Positions 57,199 to 64,000 of a stretch of DNA of 64,000 bases are shown piece by piece. Numbering within the stretch: position 1 is the stretch's first letter; the number at the start of each line of letters is the position of its first letter. Source of the stretch: Candidatus Aphodovivens avistercoris (GTDB taxonomy: Bacteria > Actinomycetota > Coriobacteriia > Coriobacteriales > Eggerthellaceae); the NCBI GenBank assembly GCA_018710945.1, contig DVIW01000010.1, positions 29,837 to 93,836 of the forward strand, given 5' to 3'. A program made the position numbers and the translations under genes. The notes beneath the pieces are model-generated. The model was given only the letters and a program-made list of their open reading frames with translations. It searched no databases and was not told the DNA's origin.

Positions 57199-58695
57199 AT
57201 GCCGTTCGATCCTGTCGCGTACATCAACACGCCGCGCTGGCAGCAGTCGCGGTTGGGCCTCGATCGCATCCGTGCGCTGTTGGAGCGGCTGGGCCGTCCG
57301 CAAGACAAGCTGCGGTTCGTGCATGTGGCGGGCACGAACGGGAAGGGATCCGTCAGCGTGTGCCTGGCCTCGGTGCTGCAGGCGGCGGGTTTGCGCACCG
57401 GGCTGTTCACGAGCCCCTTCATCGAGCGCTTCGAGGAGCGCATTCGCGTCGATGGCGCGATGATAAGCCCCGACGATCTGTGCGAGGCGACGCTGGAGGT
57501 GCGGCGGCACGCCGAGGCGCTGGCGGAAGAGACCGGCGACCACCCCACCGAGTTCGAGCTGATGACCGCCGTGGCGCTGGTCCATTTCGCCCGCTGCGGC
57601 TGCGACATCGCGGTTCTGGAAGTGGGCCTGGGCGGCCGGCTGGATTCCACGAACGTCATCGATGCGCCCGAGGTGGCCGTCATCGCGCGCATCGGGCGCG
57701 ACCACACGGCCCAGCTGGGCACCACGCTGGCGGCCATCGCCGGCGAGAAGGCAGGCATCGTGAAGGATGGCTGCCCGGTGGTCTCGTGGCCGCAGGAGCC
57801 TGAGGCCATGGCCGTGGTGGAGGCTGCCGCGGCCGAGCATGGCTGCCCGATGCACATTCCCGATTTCGCGCAGCTTGCCGTCGGCGGTGTGGAATGGCCT
57901 GGCGCAGCGGAGGCGGCGGCGCCTGCAGGCTCGACGGCTCACGCGAGCGAAGGAGGCGTGTGCGGCGACGAGGTGCACGGAGCTGCGTCCGTGGCGGGAG
58001 CGGCGGCCCTGGTCGAAGGGGCAGTGACAGACGCGGCGGGCCTTGTCGAAGGGGCCTCAAGGACGGCTGCTCCCTTCCGCAGTTTCTCTTACAAGGGGAG
58101 GGCGTTTCGCACCCGGTTGCTGGGAAGCTATCAGCCGCAGAACATCGCGGTGGCGCTGGAGGCGGTCGAGGCGCTGCGGGCGCGCGGGTGGCGCATCCCC
58201 GATGCGGCGGTGAGCGCCGGCGTGGCGCGTGCGGAATGGCCGGGCCGGTTCGAGATCATCGAGGGCGGTACGTCTCCTGACGGGTTCGCTTTCGTGGTGG
58301 ATGGCGGGCACAACCCGCAGGGCGCCCGCGCGCTGGCCGACTCGCTGGCCGACGCGTTCCCGGGCCGCAAGGCCGTGTTCGTCATCGGCGTGCTGGAGGA
58401 CAAGGATTATCCCGAGATGCTGGAAGCCATGCTCCCGCTGGGATCGGCGTTCGTCGCGGCTGCACCCGACAGCCCGCGCGCTTTGCCTGCGCGCAAGCTT
58501 GCGCGCGCGATCCGCTGGACGGGCCAGGACCTGCTGGGATGCTCGGCATGCGTGAGCCCCTATGAGGCGCGCGACTGGGAGGACGCCGTGGCGCGTGCCC
58601 GCCAGCTTGCCGGCCCCAACGGACTCATCTGCGCGTTCGGCAGCCTGTACTCCGTCGCTTCCGTGAAAGCCGCCGCCCGCGCCACCCGCGCGTAG
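57199..58695 (+). CDS. folC: bifunctional folylpolyglutamate synthase / dihydrofolate synthase
   Basis: P-loop HVAGTNGKGS, then EVGLGGRLDSTN and DGGHNPQGA. A ~70-aa Ala/Gly-rich insertion lies in the linker region. Confidence 0.9.
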   Translation: MPFDPVAYINTPRWQQSRLGLDRIRALLERLGRPQDKLRFVHVAGTNGKGSVSVCLASVLQAAGLRTGLFTSPFIERFEERIRVDGAMISPDDLCEATLEVRRHAEALAEETGDHPTEFELMTAVALVHFARCGCDIAVLEVGLGGRLDSTNVIDAPEVAVIARIGRDHTAQLGTTLAAIAGEKAGIVKDGCPVVSWPQEPEAMAVVEAAAAEHGCPMHIPDFAQLAVGGVEWPGAAEAAAPAGSTAHASEGGVCGDEVHGAASVAGAAALVEGAVTDAAGLVEGASRTAAPFRSFSYKGRAFRTRLLGSYQPQNIAVALEAVEALRARGWRIPDAAVSAGVARAEWPGRFEIIEGGTSPDGFAFVVDGGHNPQGARALADSLADAFPGRKAVFVIGVLEDKDYPEMLEAMLPLGSAFVAAAPDSPRALPARKLARAIRWTGQDLLGCSACVSPYEARDWEDAVARARQLAGPNGLICAFGSLYSVASVKAAARATRA

Positions 58696-58985
58696 GCGTC
58701 GCGCGCCTGATCGAGCGTCTGCTCGACGACGCGCTTGCCGCCGCTCGCGCACGCGCGCGTAGGCGCCGCGTGCGTTGCGGCGTCCTGTCGCCCTGCGCTT
58801 TCCCTGCTTTCCCGCCACCGTCCGCTCCCCAGTGTCCGTTTCCGTTCGGGCGTGCTCGCGCCGTCCGTTTTCGCTCTGGCGTATACTAGGGCGTCGAACC
58901 GAAAGCCGGGCGGCGCGCGCTGTCCGGTCCTGTCTGCCGCGCTCGCTGCGCGGCGCGCCCATCGAGCTGCAAGGGAGCTGACCCC

Positions 58986-59732
58986 ATGGCCATCGACACC
59001 GCAACCGGCAAGGAAGCGCCGGCCGAGCTGTCCTCCGAGCGCGTGAAGGACATCTTCTCCGCCATCGCGAAGAAGTACGAGCGGTTCAACGCGGTCAGCA
59101 GCTTCGGCGCTTACAAGCTGTGGCTCTCCGCCATGGCGAAGCGCGCGCCCATCGGCCCGAACGACGACGTGCTGGACGTGGCTGGCGGCACGGGCGACGT
59201 TGCCTTCACCATGGCGCGGGCGAAGCGGCCCCGGCACATCCAGTGCACCGACCTGGTGCCCGAGATGCTGGAGGTGGCGCGTGCCCACTATGCGGACGGC
59301 GCCGCGGCGGGCGTTCCGGTGGACTTCGAGGTGGTGGACGCGCAGGACATCCCCTACGCCGACAATTCCTACGACGTGGTGACGATGGCCTACGGCATCC
59401 GCAACATGCCCGATCGCCCGCGTGCGCTTGCCGAGATGCTGCGCGTGCTGAAGCCCGGCGGCGCGCTGGTGTGCCTGGAGTTCTCCACGCCGCCCAATCG
59501 CCTGTGGCGCGCGCTGTACGGCTTCTACCTGCGGCACCTCATCCCGTTCTGGGGCGGGCTCATCACCGGCGACCGCGACGGCTTCGTGTATCTGGCGCGC
59601 TCCATCAAGGCGTTCCCCGACCAGCGCGGTCTGGCCCGCCTGATGGAGCAGGCCGGCTTCGAGCGCGTCACCTGGAAGAACTGCACCGGCGGCATCGCCG
59701 CCATCCACGTGGCCCGCAAACCGGAGGCGTAG
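58986..59732 (+). CDS. ubiE: demethylmenaquinone / ubiquinone C-methyltransferase
   Basis: VKDIFSAIAKKYERFNAVSSFG, SAM motif VLDVAGGTGD, FGIRNMPD-like YGIRNMPD, and the C-terminal GGIAAIHVA. Confidence 0.9.
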   Translation: MAIDTATGKEAPAELSSERVKDIFSAIAKKYERFNAVSSFGAYKLWLSAMAKRAPIGPNDDVLDVAGGTGDVAFTMARAKRPRHIQCTDLVPEMLEVARAHYADGAAAGVPVDFEVVDAQDIPYADNSYDVVTMAYGIRNMPDRPRALAEMLRVLKPGGALVCLEFSTPPNRLWRALYGFYLRHLIPFWGGLITGDRDGFVYLARSIKAFPDQRGLARLMEQAGFERVTWKNCTGGIAAIHVARKPEA

Positions 59733-60004
59733 GGACGCTTGACGCGGCGCTGGCGTCGCCTGCGCCGCGTTGGGAGCGCCCTTCGCCCCTTCGCTTTCGC
59801 ATGTGGAAGGGCGCGAAAGCAGCCGCCCGGCATCTGCCCCTGCCGTTTCGCCCGCGTCTTGCTCTTGTTTCGCTCGTGTTCGCTGTTGCCATCTGCACAA
59901 ACCCGGAAAACGCCTGAACACCGCACTGCGCGCTTGCCCTATCATGGAAGTGCCGCGCTATCGAGGGGAAAGGGCGGCCGGGGGAGCGGGAAGAGGCGAC
60001 TGCC

Positions 60005-61546
60005 ATGGCGAATGACGAAGCGAAATGCGTGGATGCGACAAGCTTGAAGGGCGCGACGGACGCTGCGAACGGCGTTGACGGTGCGGAAGCGGAAGGCACG
60101 CGAAGCGCAGACGGCTCGGACGGCTCGGATGGCATGGCGGGCGCGACGGACGCAACCGATGCTGCGAACCGTGCGGCTGCGGCGAACCCAAACAGTGCGG
60201 CTGATGCGGCTGGCGCCAACGGCAAAGCCGCCACGCAAAACGCCGAGACCGCAGCGCAACCGACCGACAAGCTGTGGACGCCCCTGTTCATCTTCATCAT
60301 CGTGGCGGCTCTGTGCGCCTTCATGGTGGGCCAGGGCCTGAACTCCGGCACGTCGGTGTATTTGGACCACATGGGGCAGGGCGCCACGTTGGCCGGTGCG
60401 CTGGCGGCGGTGTTTTCCGGCGCGGCCGCGGTGGCGCGTCTGGCGTGCGGGCCGCTCATCGACAACGTGGGGCGTGTGTCGGTGATGCTGGTGGGCGCCG
60501 CGCTGCTGTTCGCGGGCACCGTTCTGCCGGTTCTGAACTCCAGCATCCCCGCGTTCGTGGTGGCGCGCATCCTGCAGGGTGTGGGCTTCTCGGCGGCGAC
60601 GACCGCTTCCGCCACGGCGGCCTCCGACGTGCTGCCGCTGTCGCGCATGGGCGAGGGAATCGGCTACTACGGGCTGGGCCAGGCGCTGGCCATGTCGGTG
60701 GGGCCGGCGTTCGCCCTGTTCCTGGTGGGAACCGATCCGGCGGAGAACCTGTTCGTGGGCATGGCGGTGATGGCGGCGCTGTCGTTCGCCTTCGCGCTGC
60801 TGTGCCGCTACGAGAAGAATCCCAGCCGCCTGCCCGCCACCGCGTCGTACCGTCAGCGCCTCGAGCGTGAAGCGGCGGAAGCGGCCGGCGCGAAGGTCGC
60901 GGCTCCCTCCGGCGCCTCCGCCAGCGCTCCCGCCGCCGATGCGTCCGGCTCTTCAAGCCCATCCGTCCCAGCGCCCAAGCAGGGCTTCGTCCACAGCTTC
61001 TTCGAGCCGCGTGCGCTGCCCGGCATGCTGCCCATGCTGGTGCTCAGTCCGGCGTTTGGCTTCGGCATCTTCTTCATGGGGCTGTACGGCACGTCGCTGG
61101 GCTATGCGAACGCCGGCCTGTTCTACACCGTGTCGGCCATCGCGATGATCGCCATCCGCCTTACGTCGAAGGCGTTCATGGACAGCGTGGCGCCCATCAA
61201 GATCATGACGGGCACCGTGGCGTGCGGCCTGGTGGGGTTCGCGATGGTGCTGTTCGCCGGCGTGAACGAGCTGCTGTTCTACGCGGCGGCCATCCCCTAC
61301 GGGCTGTGCCTGGGCATCGCCATTCCGCTGAACCAGTCGGTGGCCGTGAAGAACACGCCGCCTGAGCGCTGGGGCGCCACCAACGCGCTGTACCTGCTGG
61401 CCAGCGACATCGGCATCGGCGTCGCGTCGGCCGTGTGGGGCATCGTCAACGACGCCGCCGGATTCTCCACCACCATCATCTGCGCCATGTGCTGCATCGC
61501 GGCTTCCCTGGTGGTGGCCTGGATCGCCTATCCGAAAGAGAAGTGA
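60005..61546 (+). CDS. MFS transporter with ~85-aa low-complexity N-terminal extension
   Basis: About 12 hydrophobic segments. The motif-A-like sequence is GPLIDNVGRVSVM. The N-terminus is D/A/G/N-rich, so the true start may be further in. Confidence 0.8.
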   Translation: MANDEAKCVDATSLKGATDAANGVDGAEAEGTRSADGSDGSDGMAGATDATDAANRAAAANPNSAADAAGANGKAATQNAETAAQPTDKLWTPLFIFIIVAALCAFMVGQGLNSGTSVYLDHMGQGATLAGALAAVFSGAAAVARLACGPLIDNVGRVSVMLVGAALLFAGTVLPVLNSSIPAFVVARILQGVGFSAATTASATAASDVLPLSRMGEGIGYYGLGQALAMSVGPAFALFLVGTDPAENLFVGMAVMAALSFAFALLCRYEKNPSRLPATASYRQRLEREAAEAAGAKVAAPSGASASAPAADASGSSSPSVPAPKQGFVHSFFEPRALPGMLPMLVLSPAFGFGIFFMGLYGTSLGYANAGLFYTVSAIAMIAIRLTSKAFMDSVAPIKIMTGTVACGLVGFAMVLFAGVNELLFYAAAIPYGLCLGIAIPLNQSVAVKNTPPERWGATNALYLLASDIGIGVASAVWGIVNDAAGFSTTIICAMCCIAASLVVAWIAYPKEK

Positions 61547-61801
61547 TCTTCCCTCTGCGTAAGGTTTTCGGGAGGCAAGCAAGAATCGCCTCTTGAGGGA
61601 AGACGCCGCCTTTGCTTTGCGCTGCCTTGCTTGCGGGGGAGGCGGTAGGGGCAAAGCGCAAATGGGTGCGCCATGGCCGGTCTGAAAACGAGCCCTCGCT
61701 TCGATCGGCACGCGGCAGCGAAGGCTGGGCCGCTTGCCTTGCGCTTGCGGGCCGTTTGTTAATTCGCGGGGCGGGGCGGCGGGTGCGGGGGTATGATGGA
61801 G

Positions 61802-61903
61802 GCATGCAGGGGTACCTTCCGGGCGCTTGGGCGGCCGGCTGGTTGAGAGGGCGCGTGCCCAACCCTTCGAACCTGTCAGTTAGCACTGGTGTAGGGAGCA
61901 TGC
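61802..61903 (+). promoter_or_regulatory. TPP (thiamine pyrophosphate) riboswitch
   Basis: P1 is GCATGC (61802-61807) pairing with GCATGC (61898-61903). The core is AGGGGTAC...GGCTGGTTGAGAGGG...CCCAACCCTTCGAACCTGTCAGTTAGCACTGGTGTAGGGAGC. It carries the conserved UGAGA and ACCUG...CUGG.GUAGGGA elements of the THI-box. Confidence 0.85.
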
Positions 61904-61915
61904 TTGCGAATGCGA

Positions 61916-61946
61916 GGGCGCTGCCGTGGCCGGTGGCGCCCTTTTT
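61916..61946 (+). terminator. riboswitch expression-platform terminator
   Basis: GGGCGC (61916-61921) pairs with GCGCCC (61936-61941) and is followed by TTTTT (61942-61946), 13 nt after the aptamer. Confidence 0.65.
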
Positions 61947-62134
61947 CGTGGGGCGTCGGCGACGGCGCGGTTTGGCGGTTGCCGCCGCTCGTTGCGGCTG
62001 TTGACTGCGGCGCCGGCGGCGTTCAGCCCGGCGATCCGGCGCGGTCGTCCGGTTGCGCGGCGCCGCCACGTCTCGTCCGGCGACTGGGCCTGGCGGCCCG
62101 CCGCATTCGCAGCCACTTTCGGAAAGGAAACGCG

Positions 62135-62974
62135 ATGATCGACAAGGCGGAACTTCAAGCCCAGATAGCCCGCACGGCGCAGCAGGTGCGCGCTGCCAAC
62201 CCCATGGCGGGCTCCATCACGAACTCGGTCACCATCAACTTCGTGGCGAACGCCCAGATAGCGGTGGGCGGCTCGGCGGCCATGGTCTACCTGCCCGACG
62301 AGGGCGAGTTCCTGGCGAACGCCGGCGGCGCCACCTACATCAACGTGGGTACGCTGCTGCCCATCTACGAGGAAACGCTGCCGCGCACCGCGCGCACGCT
62401 GCACGAACTGGGCAAGCCCTGGGTGCTGGATCCGGTCGCCATTGGCATCGGCAGCCTGCGCACGAAGCTCTTGGCGCAGTTCAAGGAGTTCAAGCCCACC
62501 ATCATCCGCGGGAACGCCTCGGAGGTCATCGCGCTGGCGAACCTGTGGCAGGTGGCAGGCGACGGCGGAGCCTCGCAGGTGCGCGGCGTCGATTCCACGC
62601 AGGCGGTCGATGAGGCGCGCGAAGCCGCCGTGGCCCTGGCGCGCTACACGGGCGGCGCCGTGGCCGTTTCGGGCGAGACGGACCTGGTAACGGACGGCGA
62701 GACGGTGTGCCTCTCGCACGGCGGCTCGACGTTCATGACCCAGATCACCGGCTCGGGCTGCAGCCTGGGTGGGGTGTGCGCCGTGTACGCCGCCTGCGCC
62801 GAGACGCCGCTGGCCGCCGCGCTGGCGGGCGTGAACGTGTACAACCTGGCCGGCGCCCGCGCTGCCGCGCGCGTCGATGCGCCCGGCAGCTTCCAGGTGG
62901 CGTTCCTCGACGAGCTGTACAAGGCCACGCCCCAGGACATCGCGAACAATCCCTTCGAAGCAGAGGAGGCGTAG
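62135..62974 (+). CDS. thiM: hydroxyethylthiazole kinase
   Basis: ATG 62135 is preceded by GGAAAGGAAA. ...ITNSVTINFVANAQIAVGGSAAM..., IIRGNASE, and ITGSGCSLGGV are ThiM motifs. Confidence 0.9.
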   Translation: MIDKAELQAQIARTAQQVRAANPMAGSITNSVTINFVANAQIAVGGSAAMVYLPDEGEFLANAGGATYINVGTLLPIYEETLPRTARTLHELGKPWVLDPVAIGIGSLRTKLLAQFKEFKPTIIRGNASEVIALANLWQVAGDGGASQVRGVDSTQAVDEAREAAVALARYTGGAVAVSGETDLVTDGETVCLSHGGSTFMTQITGSGCSLGGVCAVYAACAETPLAAALAGVNVYNLAGARAAARVDAPGSFQVAFLDELYKATPQDIANNPFEAEEA

Positions 62975-62975
62975 G

Positions 62976-63404
62976 ATGAACACGTTGGTGGCGGTGGCCA
63001 TCGCGCCGTTCGGCGTGGGGGACGAGCTGTCGGCGCACGTGGCGGAGGTGGTGCGCGTGATCCGCGCGTCCGGTCTGCCGAACAAGACGTGCTCTATGTT
63101 CACCGAGATCGAAGGCGAATGGGACGAGGTCATGCGCGTGGTGAAGGAAGCCACGATGATCCTGGCGGAAAAGGGCATCCGCACCGAGGTCGTGCTGAAG
63201 GCCGACGTGCGCCCCGGCCGCGAGGGCATGATGAGCCGCAAGGTGGAGATCGTGGAAGAGCTGCTGGGAAGCGCGGCTAACGTCCCGTCAGACGCCGCAG
63301 CTGGCGAGTCGGTGAGCATCCCGTCGGACGCTGCAGCTGGTGATCAGTCGGAAAAGACGGCGGAAGGCCGTGCGGAGAACCTTGCGGAAGGGGGCGCGCG
63401 ATGA
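62976..63404 (+). CDS. MTH1187/YkoF-family (DUF77) thiamine-binding-type protein with Ala/Ser-rich tail
   Basis: MNTLVAVAIAPFGVGDELSAHVAEVVRVIRASGLPNKTCSMFTEIEGEWDEVMRVVKEA... matches the ~100-aa YkoF/MTH1187 fold signature. The ATG lies 2 nt after the thiM stop, and the gene overlaps thiE by 4 nt. Confidence 0.75.
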   Translation: MNTLVAVAIAPFGVGDELSAHVAEVVRVIRASGLPNKTCSMFTEIEGEWDEVMRVVKEATMILAEKGIRTEVVLKADVRPGREGMMSRKVEIVEELLGSAANVPSDAAAGESVSIPSDAAAGDQSEKTAEGRAENLAEGGAR

Positions 63405-64000
63405 GCTTGCGGAACGCGCTGGACATTTCGGCCTATCTGGTGCTGGGGCCGGAGAACACCCAGGGACGCCCGGTGGGCGACATCGTGGCGCAGGCGCTGG
63501 ATGCGGGCTTCACCATCGTGCAGGTGCGCTCGAAGGTGTGCGGCGCGCGCGAGCTGATGGCCTGCGCCGAAGAGGCCGCCCGCGCCATCGCCGCGGCAGG
63601 CGCGCAGGACCGCGTGCCGCTGCTGGTCGATGACCGGCTGGACGTGGCGCTGGCCGCGCGCGACGCGGGCATCAAGGTGGACGGCGTGCACGTGGGCCAA
63701 AGCGATGTGCCGGTGGAAACCTGCCGCCGCTACCTGGGCGAGGACGCCATCGTGGGTCTGTCGGCCCGTGCGCACGAGATGCGCGACTACATCGCCACGG
63801 CGGACGTGAGCCTGGTGGACTACCTGGGCGTAGGTCCTCTGCACGAGACGGCCACCAAGCCCGATTGCGGTATGGACGATGACGGCCGCGTCATCACGCG
63901 CAGCCTGGAAGAGCTGGCGGATCTGGCGCGCATCAGCCCGCGGCCCATCGTGGTGGGCGGCGGCGTGAAGGCGCCCGACCTTCCCGCGCTGGCGAAGACG
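63401..64000 (+). CDS. thiE: thiamine-phosphate synthase (3' end beyond window)
   Basis: Read directly as MSLRNALDISAYLVLGPENTQGRPVGDIVAQALDAGFTIVQVRSK...LLVDDRLDVALAARDAGIKVDGVHVGQSD...GVGPLHETATKPD...VVGGGV. The frame is open to the end of the window. Confidence 0.85.
   Translation, partial: MSLRNALDISAYLVLGPENTQGRPVGDIVAQALDAGFTIVQVRSKVCGARELMACAEEAARAIAAAGAQDRVPLLVDDRLDVALAARDAGIKVDGVHVGQSDVPVETCRRYLGEDAIVGLSARAHEMRDYIATADVSLVDYLGVGPLHETATKPDCGMDDDGRVITRSLEELADLARISPRPIVVGGGVKAPDLPALAKT

Overview
High-GC chromosome segment (composition judged by eye, not computed). It is most consistent with an anaerobic Coriobacteriia/Eggerthellaceae-like actinobacterium. That placement is an inference from hypAB, an NfnAB-type oxidoreductase, a menaquinone methyltransferase and the many Ala-rich low-complexity tails. 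Almost all genes are on the + strand and most are core genes. In order: a lipoprotein, an amidohydrolase, tatA/B-tatC, hypA-hypB, nadE, a HisKA_3 kinase/LuxR regulator pair and a threonine aldolase (-). After the surface-protein block described below come a small accessory block (metallophosphoesterase, DUF2510 membrane protein, ArsP_2-like exporter, HD hydrolase, usp-MFS-usp) and then tRNA-Lys and tRNA-Gln. Next are infA-rpmJ-rpsM-rpsK-rpsD-rpoA-rplQ, ecfT, eno, moeA, mog/moaB, alr, a family-4 UDG, nfnAB-like genes, folC, ubiE/menG and an MFS transporter. The window ends with a TPP-riboswitch-controlled thiM/ykoF-like/thiE operon, truncated at the window end. The most unusual content is about 21 kb taken up by two giant wall-anchored proteins that flank CIRCE-regulated groES-groEL. 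One is a 4,000-aa CnaB/SpaA-module adhesin. The other is a 2,899-aa protein with two different calcineurin-type phosphoesterase domains. Both end in (L/F)AxTG-type sorting signals rather than LPxTG. Noncoding features worth follow-up:
- an unclassified structured region of about 350 nt, apparently co-transcribed with the tRNAs;
- an AT-rich element bounded by inverted repeats, followed by degenerate repeats, in a 620-bp convergent spacer;
- a TTGGGGT-core motif enriched in the large intergenic regions;
- a perfect 20-bp palindrome upstream of nadE;
- a C10 tract upstream of the giant adhesin;
- a hairpin-rich in-frame insertion in the NfnB-like gene.
No complete defence, mobile or secretion system could be supported from the sequence. 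No homology searches were possible, so all family calls rest on motifs read from the translations.
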